NCBI GenBank assembly: GCA_047285305.1 | Contig: JBJBDL010000003.1 | Coordinates: forward strand, 1 to 64,000 | Direction: 5' to 3' | Source of the DNA: Synechococcus sp. | GTDB taxonomy: Bacteria; Cyanobacteriota; Cyanobacteriia; PCC-6307; Cyanobiaceae | DNA length: 64,000 bases | Shown: one piece after another, positions 1 to 10,765 of the stretch | Numbering within the stretch: position 1 is the stretch's first letter | Layout of the letters: each line of letters opens with the position of its first letter | Notes under the pieces: generated by a model | What the model saw: the letters and a program-made list of their open reading frames with translations, nothing else | Told to the model about the DNA's origin: nothing | Databases searched by the model: none | Program-made: the position numbers and the translations under genes

Positions 1-2
1 TA

Positions 3-956
<954 letters not shown>

Positions 957-1001
957 ATAAGGTGAACTGTCGGACATTGATTGAAGACGCGGCCTTACTG
1001 A

Positions 1002-1658
<657 letters not shown>

Positions 1659-1686
1659 GCCAGGTATCGATTTTCTGCACACCTGA

Positions 1687-2202
<516 letters not shown>

Positions 2203-2237
2203 TCAACAGTCAAGCTGAGTGATTTTTTGATCTAACC

Positions 2238-2268
2238 AAGGGGTGGGCCAAAAGCCCACCCCTTTTTG
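2238..2268 (+). terminator. Rho-independent terminator of mpeBA
   Basis: AAGGGGTGGGC-caaaa-GCCCACCCCTT followed by T run. Confidence 0.9.
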
Positions 2269-2533
2269 TTTAAAAAGTCAAAAAACACAACTTCTTGACA
2301 ATCGAGAGTAAACAATTCTGGAATAACCCAGGAAAATTGCGGCAGGTCAACAAACGATTTAGCCACAATTACAGACGCAATGTTTACTCAAGGTGACATT
2401 GAGTGAAACATGAGGGCAAAATCAATGCTCACATTTCACAAAAAAACCTCTATTAAGCCTACGAGTAACAACAATTTGTTGCCTTAGGCATGTAAGGAAT
2501 AGTCACCGCAATTCACCTCCCCTCACTAACCTC

Positions 2534-3403
2534 ATGCTCAGTACACAAACCAGCCCGGCTGGAATGGCTGCTGCTAGCCGCACCAAACCAGCGTCTTACG
2601 CGATACCCAGCAAAGCTGGCAAAAACACCGTCCATCGGACTGTTGCTGGAGCCATCGCTGAATTTAAGCGCAACACCTGTTCCCAGATGGGACTTGGCAT
2701 TGGCCCAAGGCTGCATGGTGAATGTCCGTTTGCGGTGACTTTCGACGAATATCACCCAAGCAGCAGTGCAGCACTAGAGCGGACAATCATTTCCGCCTAC
2801 AGGCAGGTGTACGGAAACCTGCCTCCCACTGAAAACGAGCGTTGCACATCCCTTGAGGCTCGCTTGATGAACGGAGAAATTACCGTTCGCGACTTTGTGA
2901 ATGGACTGGCAAAATCTCCTTTCTACAAAGAAAATTATTTTCATAGTGTCGCCCCTCAACGTGGGATTGAACTGAACTTCAAACACCTGCTTGGACGGGC
3001 ACCCCTCACTCAAGAAGAAGTTCAAAACAGCATCAAACTTCAAGCAGAAGAGGGATTTGATGCTCTGATCGACAGCCTCACAGATTGCGCAGAATATGCC
3101 GAGGTATTTGGATCAGACATCGTTCCTTACATGCGAGCAGGCGATTCCTACGCAGGGATGATGACCAGCTCCTTCAACATGATGCGCGAGCTTGCCGGCA
3201 CAAAGGTTGCCGTTAGTGACAACGCACAAGGACGTCGGAGTCGCACCACGACGCAACTGGCGGCAGCAGCGATAAGCATGATGAAGCCGATCTTCAAGGG
3301 CGCACCAACGCTGCCCCAACAAAAGTACGGCGGACATCAGCCTCCCAGGAGAACCGGCGCTGCTCCCTTCCGTCCCTTCGGCGTTAAGCCATTGCCATAT
3401 TGA
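2534..3403 (+). CDS. mpeC: PE-II associated chromophorylated rod linker (gamma subunit) MpeC
   Basis: PBS linker domain (AYRQVYGN, ITVRDFVNGLAKS, ELNFKHLLGRAP, EYAEVFG), N-terminal NTCSQMGLGIGPR Cys motif, position after mpeA. Confidence 0.88.
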   Translation: MLSTQTSPAGMAAASRTKPASYAIPSKAGKNTVHRTVAGAIAEFKRNTCSQMGLGIGPRLHGECPFAVTFDEYHPSSSAALERTIISAYRQVYGNLPPTENERCTSLEARLMNGEITVRDFVNGLAKSPFYKENYFHSVAPQRGIELNFKHLLGRAPLTQEEVQNSIKLQAEEGFDALIDSLTDCAEYAEVFGSDIVPYMRAGDSYAGMMTSSFNMMRELAGTKVAVSDNAQGRRSRTTTQLAAAAISMMKPIFKGAPTLPQQKYGGHQPPRRTGAAPFRPFGVKPLPY

Positions 3404-3438
3404 TGAAAATGAGTTGGGCACCGAAATGCCATCACTTC

Positions 3439-3468
3439 TGCCCCCTTTCCAGGAAGGGGGCATTTTTG
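3439..3468 (+). terminator. Rho-independent terminator of mpeC
   Basis: TGCCCCCTT-tccagg-AAGGGGGCA followed by TTTTT. Confidence 0.85.
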
Positions 3469-3559
3469 TGTCCAGCAGCGACACTGCAAAGCCCCACATG
3501 CCGATAGGTGCCTGATCAGAGTCGCTTAGATTGCGACTCAACGAAGCTGGACGTCCACC

Positions 3560-4456
3560 GTGCTACAGGATTTCACCGATATCTCATCAATCAGCGAAAG
3601 CCAACTCACGGAAGAAGAAGCTCTCCAACTCGCTGATGAGCTCAGTGCAAAATTAAGCGAAGGTGAGATCCCTAGATCTGACGGCGAGTCACTCAAGCGT
3701 ATGGTCGCCGGACTTGGGGATGCGAGAGGCGCTTTACGACTCACCTTTGCAAAAAGTCTTGGGGCGGTAGGTGACGAAGCTCTACCCATTCTTTGTAAAG
3801 CACTTCGCCAGCATCAAAATGTGATCGTAAGACGAGCATCAGCCAAAACACTAAATTTGATTGGCAACAAGGACGCGTTGCCTTATCTGCTTGAAGCCTT
3901 TTTAGAAGATAGTGATCCAGTTGTACTCGGGTCGTCTGCTGGAGCGATGGCCACCATTGGACCCGACGCAATGGATTCGTTGCTTGGAATCCTCAAAAAT
4001 CCAGATTGCACACCATTCCAGGTTGGTTTGATCAACCTTGCTCTGAGTTTTATCGGTGCCAAAGCACCGGAGGCATTGCTCGAGGCTGCCGATTCAGACG
4101 TAGCAGAAGTTCGAGTTGCTGCAATTTCAGCCTTGGGAGATCAAATACAGAAGAGTGATGATGTACGGGCACAAAACAGAGTCTTTAAAGCGCTCGATGA
4201 CATCTCAGCAGAAGTGAGAGCAGAAGCGGTCACTCTCATAGGAAAATCATGTGATGCCGAAGATGTTGAACACATGCTTATCAAAAAATTAATCGACACA
4301 GACACTCAAGTACGCAAGAATACAGCAATGGCGCTCATGAAACTCGAAGCAATCAACAGCATCGAAAGCATAGAAAAAGCGAAATCAAAAGAATCAGATG
4401 AGTCAGTCCAAGAAGTATTCAATGTAGCAATTAATATACTAAGTCGAGATTTATAA
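3560..4456 (+). CDS. mpeU: E/F-clan HEAT-repeat phycobilin lyase(-isomerase) MpeU
   Basis: 298 aa HEAT-repeat protein (GLGDARGALRLTFAKSLG, VRRASAKTL), canonical position after mpeC. Confidence 0.85.
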   Translation: MLQDFTDISSISESQLTEEEALQLADELSAKLSEGEIPRSDGESLKRMVAGLGDARGALRLTFAKSLGAVGDEALPILCKALRQHQNVIVRRASAKTLNLIGNKDALPYLLEAFLEDSDPVVLGSSAGAMATIGPDAMDSLLGILKNPDCTPFQVGLINLALSFIGAKAPEALLEAADSDVAEVRVAAISALGDQIQKSDDVRAQNRVFKALDDISAEVRAEAVTLIGKSCDAEDVEHMLIKKLIDTDTQVRKNTAMALMKLEAINSIESIEKAKSKESDESVQEVFNVAINILSRDL

Positions 4457-4558
4457 GCGCAACTAAAAATGCAGAACGCCAAGAAAACAATTCAAAAGCA
4501 GGCTGCCACCCTAGACACAATTAAGTCCATAACATAAGCAGAGACAATATCTACCAAA

Positions 4559-4575
4559 CTGATAAGATGTGGATA
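4559..4575 (+). promoter_or_regulatory. Single copy of candidate AraC/XylS-type site CTGATAAGA-TGT-GGATA upstream of fciA
   Basis: 16/17 identical to the copy at 8210-8226. Confidence 0.6.
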
Positions 4576-4669
4576 CGAATAAGAGAAAAAGCAATCTCTC
4601 AGCAAAACATTAAGCGTTACACACACAAGTCAAGGAAAACAATAGAGTACATGAATACGCGGAAGAAGT

Positions 4670-5701
4670 TTGCGAAAAAAACGATCGCTAAATTATGTAT
4701 TTTCGGATACGCTCGAGATGGAGGAATTTTGCAAAGCACATTTCGAGGAATATCACTCAACAGCCAGCTTCGGATGCAATGTAACTCAGTTAAGCACCGG
4801 CATTCTCGAAACGAAGACCACTTGCTCGCCAATCCAAGATGTACATCTTGAAATTTTTAAATCAAACCAAACTCTGCTCTACGAGGAAGAAGCCAATACA
4901 AAATCAGTATCATTCTGCTGGCTAGAAACATTACCGATAAATAATACGGAGGCACAGACAATCATCAGCGGCCACCAAATGACAAGAAATAGCATTGCTG
5001 GCTTCAATAGAATCAACAAAACAGGAGGAAATATCTGGGACATTGTGGGAGCAAACGAAGAGCTTTGCTGCATGAGCCTGAAATGGAATAAATTACAAGA
5101 AAGAATCAACAAATTGAATGCATTTAATGCCTATGCGAGGCTAGAGGAATGCATTGGAATTGACTCGCATGATCATGCATGTGCTCAGCTCAAAAAATTA
5201 TTTAACCGACATTTTAATAGCCAGCCATCAACGAAACCAAATGCATTTTACGATCTAGCAATCATATTCCTAGACAACGAAAATAATGAATCGACCTATG
5301 ATTCACATCGATGCGAGGCAACGGATCTAATAGAAGACATGGTTAAACTAATTCACGAAGATAGGGCTGGAATGCCACCAATAACACTTGACGAAATTAC
5401 TGAATACTTGAATTCAAGAACAGAGTCTCTCAATACTATATGCCGAAAAATCTTTAATATGGATGTGATTGAGCTTGTAAGAAGAGTACGCCTGGAACAG
5501 ACCCGAAAGGCTTTTTTAACTCCACATTCCTCAACAGGTCTCAAAGATTTTACAAAAAAGAGAACAGCACTTTACTACGGTTTCAAGAACTGGAAAAAAT
5601 TTGAAGCCTCCTACTCAACATACTTTGGAGAATCACCCAGCCAAACAATAGATCGATCCAATAAAAATTTATATTCATTTAGTGCATGGCAGGGAGAGTA
5701 A
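4670..5701 (+). CDS. fciA: AraC-family transcriptional regulator FciA (CA4)
   Basis: C-terminal AraC double HTH (VRRVRLEQTRK...YYGFKNWKKF...YFGESPSQT); paralogous to the next gene; first gene of the island. TTG start uncertain. Confidence 0.85.
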   Translation: MRKKRSLNYVFSDTLEMEEFCKAHFEEYHSTASFGCNVTQLSTGILETKTTCSPIQDVHLEIFKSNQTLLYEEEANTKSVSFCWLETLPINNTEAQTIISGHQMTRNSIAGFNRINKTGGNIWDIVGANEELCCMSLKWNKLQERINKLNAFNAYARLEECIGIDSHDHACAQLKKLFNRHFNSQPSTKPNAFYDLAIIFLDNENNESTYDSHRCEATDLIEDMVKLIHEDRAGMPPITLDEITEYLNSRTESLNTICRKIFNMDVIELVRRVRLEQTRKAFLTPHSSTGLKDFTKKRTALYYGFKNWKKFEASYSTYFGESPSQTIDRSNKNLYSFSAWQGE

Positions 5702-5704
5702 TAC

Positions 5705-6670
5705 ATGAAAACATCTATTGAATATCGTGATCCACTGGAGCTCTCTGAAGAGCTTGCAAAACTCGGTCAGCTTACAAAAATAACGCAACTGGAAGGTGGC
5801 AGTGGTTTCTATACTATGCAAGCAGCAAATACTAATAAAGTCGCACTTGCAGAAATATCTGCCAACAAAACATTATTGTACGAGGGGTGGGGAAATGGTA
5901 TAACTATTGATTTTAATTGGATTACGCCAAAAGCGAATACTCAAGGAGCCTTTGGCTATTGTGATGGATTTAAGATGACAAAAAATAGCCTGGCTGGATT
6001 TGGCACGATTAATTCAGTACCAGGAAATGCATGGGGAAAATATAACAACGAATGCTCTAGTACTGGTTGCATGCTTGAAAAGCAGCTCCTATTTGAATTA
6101 CTCGAAAATTGCAAAGCGTATGATGGACTTGAACGACTCACGGGTGATCAGGGGATTTATTGCAATAATAAAGCTCTAAACCAACTTAAGAGATTAGCTG
6201 CCAGAGAAGTATCTGCTGGAATTCAGAACCCCGAAAAATATTTCGATCTTGTAATCGCATGTCTAGAAGAGCCAATGACTGCGCAAAATAATCAAGATCC
6301 AAAACATATCGATCAATTACGAGAAATCATTAATCTTGCACATAGCGAGAAGACCATGGAATCGCCTCTATCATTGCATGAAGTATGTAAGTATATAAAT
6401 ACAAGCCAAGCATCGTTATATCGTATATGTCAGGAGTACTTTGGAATGGGAATCATTGAATTGATGACACAGATTAGACTTGAGGAATCCAGAAGAATTA
6501 TGCTTAACCAAGACGCTCGTCGGAAACTAAATCTATATTCAATTCGAGATATTGCAATTAAATATGGGTTTAAACATCAAGGGAGATATGCACGGCGCTA
6601 TTACACTGCATTCGGAGAACTTCCAAGTCAAACCATCGAAAAATCGCGAAGATATAGATTGCCAATATAG
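5705..6670 (+). CDS. fciB: AraC-family transcriptional regulator FciB (CA4)
   Basis: AraC signature SIRDIAIKYGFKHQGRYARRYYTAFGELPSQT; 3 bp after fciA with an AGGGAG RBS. Confidence 0.88.
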   Translation: MKTSIEYRDPLELSEELAKLGQLTKITQLEGGSGFYTMQAANTNKVALAEISANKTLLYEGWGNGITIDFNWITPKANTQGAFGYCDGFKMTKNSLAGFGTINSVPGNAWGKYNNECSSTGCMLEKQLLFELLENCKAYDGLERLTGDQGIYCNNKALNQLKRLAAREVSAGIQNPEKYFDLVIACLEEPMTAQNNQDPKHIDQLREIINLAHSEKTMESPLSLHEVCKYINTSQASLYRICQEYFGMGIIELMTQIRLEESRRIMLNQDARRKLNLYSIRDIAIKYGFKHQGRYARRYYTAFGELPSQTIEKSRRYRLPI

Positions 6671-6695
6671 GTGCATTGCATCCAGAAATAATTTT

Positions 6696-7889
6696 CTATA
6701 GTTCACGTAAGACTTCCGCGCATGTCCATCGTAGAGGCTCCCAAGTGGATTTTAAAAGTAGATTTTCAATATCACTACGACATTCCGTTAAACCTAAAGT
6801 TAAGCATCCCCAAGTCGCAGCTATCTTTGATTTTGCATACTGCGGAGCCGGCTCCAATAATGATTCCTTTATTATATAAGACAATTCTTCTAAGCCAAGT
6901 TGAGACACCAAGCAATTTACTTGATAGTGAACACCATAATCAGAGCCATGATTGTCCCAAATAGACTTAATTGCGTCAGTTACAGTTGAAGCTGGCCAAC
7001 TCAATAAGGTCTTAGAACCAAAGTACTGGCGCTCTTCATCTCTATGCCTAAGTAAATCGCAAACTTTTTCTAAATCATTTGGCGCATCAAATTTCTGCGT
7101 AAAATACAAATATCGAGAATCATCCTTCAACATTTGATTGATTAATGTTCTTTGCGATTTAGTTTTAATTTTAGAAGTGATCTTGAACGCACTTTTAGCT
7201 CTCAACGGCATTGACACCGCTGCTTTCGAAATACTTGACAAAAGAGAAGGGTCTCCAGCGTCCCCAATATCAATAACGGATGAACGTCTATGTATGACAT
7301 TCAAATCGTTGAGATGATTTTCAAGAATATGCAATTTACGCTTTTCATCTTCAACCCTTATTGAATAAGCGATTGATGCGCCATTAACCAATATATTTGG
7401 ATTACTCTCTTGCTCGTGAATAATGCCATTACAGTCATGCATCTCCAAACGAGTGAAGCATTGAATGGCAACACGCTTGAGTACATCGGAGCCATTTTGA
7501 ATAATCTTTAGAAGAGATGATTTAAACTGAACATCAAGAGGTATGCCAAAATGAATTAGCGTATCTACTGAATTCACAATCGTCTGCTCATCACTACTAT
7601 GCATAGCTTCATAAATGGTTGGCAGAGTACTAAGGTCGCGACGACGTCCTAGCGCTTCAATGGACTTACGACGAGTAATGGAATCGAAGATATTATCTCT
7701 ATCCCCTGTAGCAGCTACGACTAGTGCATCTAAAGAATCTCGTGAAGAACAAGCTCCCAACCGCGTTGCTGCTATATATTTTATGCCAGGATTATCAAGA
7801 GTACTAACATTTTTCGAAAGCAACTCAATTGCTTGCTGTTCACCCATCCATGAAAAAAGATTATCAAATCGCTGTGAACTTGGCACCAT
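6696..7889 (-). CDS. mpeW: Phycoerythrin-II alpha-Cys83 PEB lyase MpeW
   Basis: 397 aa MpeQWYZ-family protein (RFDNLF, HRRSSVIDIGDAG, HRDEERQY, PQYAKSKIAATWG); hand count gives G319, V320, Q323 in DYGVHYQ. Confidence 0.88.
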   Translation of the reverse strand: MVPSSQRFDNLFSWMGEQQAIELLSKNVSTLDNPGIKYIAATRLGACSSRDSLDALVVAATGDRDNIFDSITRRKSIEALGRRRDLSTLPTIYEAMHSSDEQTIVNSVDTLIHFGIPLDVQFKSSLLKIIQNGSDVLKRVAIQCFTRLEMHDCNGIIHEQESNPNILVNGASIAYSIRVEDEKRKLHILENHLNDLNVIHRRSSVIDIGDAGDPSLLSSISKAAVSMPLRAKSAFKITSKIKTKSQRTLINQMLKDDSRYLYFTQKFDAPNDLEKVCDLLRHRDEERQYFGSKTLLSWPASTVTDAIKSIWDNHGSDYGVHYQVNCLVSQLGLEELSYIIKESLLEPAPQYAKSKIAATWGCLTLGLTECRSDIENLLLKSTWEPLRWTCAEVLREL

Positions 7890-8188
7890 GTAATATGCGT
7901 ATATTCAATTTTTACAGCAAAATTAATCGTCAAATCAGATTTGGTAAGAAGTGACCCATTCACTCCAACAATTGAGAATTAGTGGACATCTATTTTAAGA
8001 AAAACAAACCACTGCAAGTAAGCAGAAAAAACAAGTCATCGCTAAAGCAATTCAGGTCAATAAGATTTATCCAATCACTAATTTATACCTGATTAAATTT
8101 TGTTGTTTGCAGAGGATCCTCGCAAGAAAGATGCGGTGGCATCTAAAGCTATTGAAGGCCCGCTCAGCTCTGAATAAGTAAAACAACT

Positions 8189-8226
8189 CTGATAAGAAAC
8201 GGATAGTTGCTGATAAGATATGGATA
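8189..8226 (+). promoter_or_regulatory. Tandem 17-bp direct repeat (21-bp period), candidate FciA/FciB operator
   Basis: CTGATAAGAAACGGATA-gttg-CTGATAAGATATGGATA, ending 15 bp before the unk10 ATG. Confidence 0.7.
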
Positions 8227-8241
8227 TGATGCTGATTCTTC

Positions 8242-8586
8242 ATGTCACGTGCTGAGTTTATACGCTTTCTTCAGGTTCTAGAAGAAGACTTGCCATTTAG
8301 ATCTCTTTTCCAAGAAGCCGAGCCCGAGGAGATCCTCAGGCTTGCAGATCAACATGGATTTATCTTTTCAGATGAAATAAAGGGGCGTTTCTTGAATCGC
8401 TGGGCAGGAGTGTACTTCTGCCCGTTCGCCAATGATGTCGGAAGACTATGCCCCAAGATGGTGCCGGAAGGATTCAGCACACTGCTCCATTATTCGCAGA
8501 CGACTTGTGCAAAAGAGGACAAAGTAGAACGTTTTGACTTCCGCGCTGGAGGTTATTACGAAGGAGTAGAAACTGTACCTCGATGA
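8242..8586 (+). CDS. unk10: CA4 island small protein Unk10, Nif11-like N-terminal domain
   Basis: MSRAEFIRFLQVLEED...EEILRLADQHGFIFSDE resembles Nif11 leader domains; position at the island end. Confidence 0.75.
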   Translation: MSRAEFIRFLQVLEEDLPFRSLFQEAEPEEILRLADQHGFIFSDEIKGRFLNRWAGVYFCPFANDVGRLCPKMVPEGFSTLLHYSQTTCAKEDKVERFDFRAGGYYEGVETVPR

Positions 8587-8594
8587 AGGAATAT

Positions 8595-9233
8595 CTAATT
8601 ATTTGAGTTGAGTAGATTCTGAAGTCGTGCCAATGCAGACTGTGCAGCCTCCTGAATCAAGGGATCATCATTATTATTCTGCAGTGAACGTAAAGCGTCT
8701 TCTGCCAAAGGATTGGGAATATCGGCAAGAGCCTGAGATGCACTGAAAATCAAAGCAACATTTTGGCTGCTGAGGGACTTGGCCAAAATTTGGATTGCCT
8801 CTTCAGACTTAAATTGTTGCTTACCGATCTGACCAAGACACATCAGTGCACCCTGCACGACAACCATATCGGAATCATCTATTCCTTGTTCCAGCATTTC
8901 CATGACTGAATCAGGAAACGGCTGATCTGGGAAGTTTTTGAACACCTGCACAAAGGCCTTAGGGCAGCAACGCCTTGCAGTTTGATTCTCTGTTGTTGCA
9001 TAAAGTTCGATCAAGGGATCAAACGCAGAGCTTCCAAAAAAACCAACACCTTTAACAGCTGCTCTGTAGACTTTAGGATCATGATGACAGAAGAGATCCA
9101 ATAATCTTGGCAACGCCTCTTCCCGATAGTTCTCAGAAAGAATCAAACAAGCTTCTTCTTGAATCCTAGGGTTGGGATGCATTAGATCTTCAAACAATGC
9201 ATCAACTGAAGGAATGTTAGAATCGCCGCTCAT
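8595..9233 (-). CDS. cpeZ: Phycoerythrin lyase chaperone CpeZ (HEAT repeats)
   Basis: LFEDLMHPNPRIQ, YRAAVKGVG motifs; downstream of cpeY; start placed at the second Met. Confidence 0.85.
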   Translation of the reverse strand: MSGDSNIPSVDALFEDLMHPNPRIQEEACLILSENYREEALPRLLDLFCHHDPKVYRAAVKGVGFFGSSAFDPLIELYATTENQTARRCCPKAFVQVFKNFPDQPFPDSVMEMLEQGIDDSDMVVVQGALMCLGQIGKQQFKSEEAIQILAKSLSSQNVALIFSASQALADIPNPLAEDALRSLQNNNDDPLIQEAAQSALARLQNLLNSNN

Positions 9234-9305
9234 TAAAAAGCCTAACTCATTATTGTTCAATATTAGCATTTCAGGTCATGGGCATGAGGAATTGCCACTT
9301 AGTTC

Positions 9306-10631
9306 TCAACCACGATCCAGAATGCTCTGTGCTTTTAGTTGAAGCAAACTGTCGCCGTCAAATTCGACAAGCTGTTGTAGTTGATGTTGATATCGAAGTT
9401 GAAGATGCTCGGTCTGATCAGATTGGATCAAGAGGAGGCCTGCATAACGCATATCCCAACTAAGGTTATTCTCTAAAGACAAACAATTATCCAGAAAACA
9501 ATCGTATTGGCCAGGAAATAGCTTGGCGAATGACAGCAAAGCAGCTGGGGGTGATTTTCTAAATTGAGGCCGCTTATCTGTAATAGCATCTGAGAGAATT
9601 TTACGAATATGAAGCAGTGCTTCGTTTGTCCAATCCTCAACAAGGCCAAACAATCGCATCAAAAAATAGTGTGCACCATAGTCATTGTGAGCTTTATCTT
9701 GCCAGCAATCTTCAATAGCACTCCAAATCTCTTGGGCATCACGTTTTATTAGTTCCTGCATAGCAAGATAACAACGACTAAAATCGGGATGAAACAAGCC
9801 ATCAATCAGTAGCTCTGTAGGCAAAGGATCGCCGTAATGATGGAGGACAGTGATCAAACGAGGATCGTCAAACAAAATTTGATCCACCGCTGATAGTGCA
9901 TCATTATTGGAGAGTTTGTTTGACGGGTTATTCAAGAGAGATCTCACAGCTCGCATCCGAAATGCAGGCGATATTGGTGCTTGCATCAAATCAGACAAAA
10001 GCTCAACAGCATTCGCATCGATAACATCCTGCACAGCTGACTGGCGATCCATTTGATTGGCGCCATACAAATGATCTGAAAGATCAGCCAGATGGGATTG
10101 ATCTCCAGATAGATGAATCATGGCAGCGATGGCAGCACCACGGACCGAAGTCTTTTCATGGGCTGTGTGTACTGAAATAGTCGAAATTGCTGCTTTAACA
10201 GAAAGCTTTGAGAGACTTTGAATTAAGACTCTTTGATTCTGGCTAGCATCATCTAACAAATCGATCATATGTTGGTGCACTTCAGGATCTTGACAGTTCA
10301 AATGAGACAATGCCCAAGCAGCATTCTCAACCATATACACATCAGAGCTACTTAAAAAACTTGCAATTTTGGACGTAGCCTCTGCAACACCTAATCGCGC
10401 AAGAACTTCTACAGCTTTTCGTTGTGCAAGACCTACAGGTACATCCGCAGAACACTTATCCAGAAATGCCAATAAAGCTTGGCTTGTTTTTGGGCCAGGA
10501 AAATTAATCAAATGAGAAACAGCCATATAATAATCACTCTCACTCTCCAGAATACCAACTTCTTTAGACAAGATATCAATTGCTCCCTGTTGATCCAAGC
10601 CAGCATGAATATTATCGAAAAGACCAGTCAT
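9306..10631 (-). CDS. cpeY: Phycoerythrin-I alpha-Cys82 PEB lyase CpeY
   Basis: 441 aa fused E/F-type lyase (DYYMAVSHLINFP, RKAVEVLARLG, NDYGAHYF, PQFRKS). Confidence 0.88.
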   Translation of the reverse strand: MTGLFDNIHAGLDQQGAIDILSKEVGILESESDYYMAVSHLINFPGPKTSQALLAFLDKCSADVPVGLAQRKAVEVLARLGVAEATSKIASFLSSSDVYMVENAAWALSHLNCQDPEVHQHMIDLLDDASQNQRVLIQSLSKLSVKAAISTISVHTAHEKTSVRGAAIAAMIHLSGDQSHLADLSDHLYGANQMDRQSAVQDVIDANAVELLSDLMQAPISPAFRMRAVRSLLNNPSNKLSNNDALSAVDQILFDDPRLITVLHHYGDPLPTELLIDGLFHPDFSRCYLAMQELIKRDAQEIWSAIEDCWQDKAHNDYGAHYFLMRLFGLVEDWTNEALLHIRKILSDAITDKRPQFRKSPPAALLSFAKLFPGQYDCFLDNCLSLENNLSWDMRYAGLLLIQSDQTEHLQLRYQHQLQQLVEFDGDSLLQLKAQSILDRG

Positions 10632-10765
10632 CAGTAACGGTCAACATTCGGACGATTCTACTTGAGGTGCGTAATTCAATGGGGTCTGTTGGAATAAGAA
10701 AGTAATAGCAAGCTTGCCATCAGACGATACCGGAGGCAAAATTCTTCTGAGCCACTACAAAAAAT

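Larger units (their letters stand above)
4457..8594. other. Type IV chromatic acclimation genomic island, configuration B (fciA-fciB-mpeW-unk10)
   Basis: Two AraC-family genes, a reverse-strand MpeQWYZ lyase and a Nif11-like small gene inserted between mpeU and cpeZ; visibly AT-rich; no integrase or att repeats seen. Confidence 0.9.

Noticed and set aside
2295..2325. Perfect TTGACA in the mpeA-mpeC spacer
   Set aside because: No -10 hexamer at 16-18 bp spacing.
8170..8236. Repeats before unk10 considered as a mini-CRISPR or att site
   Set aside because: Units are 17 bp with 4-bp gaps; no spacers, cas or integrase genes. A transcription-factor site fits better.
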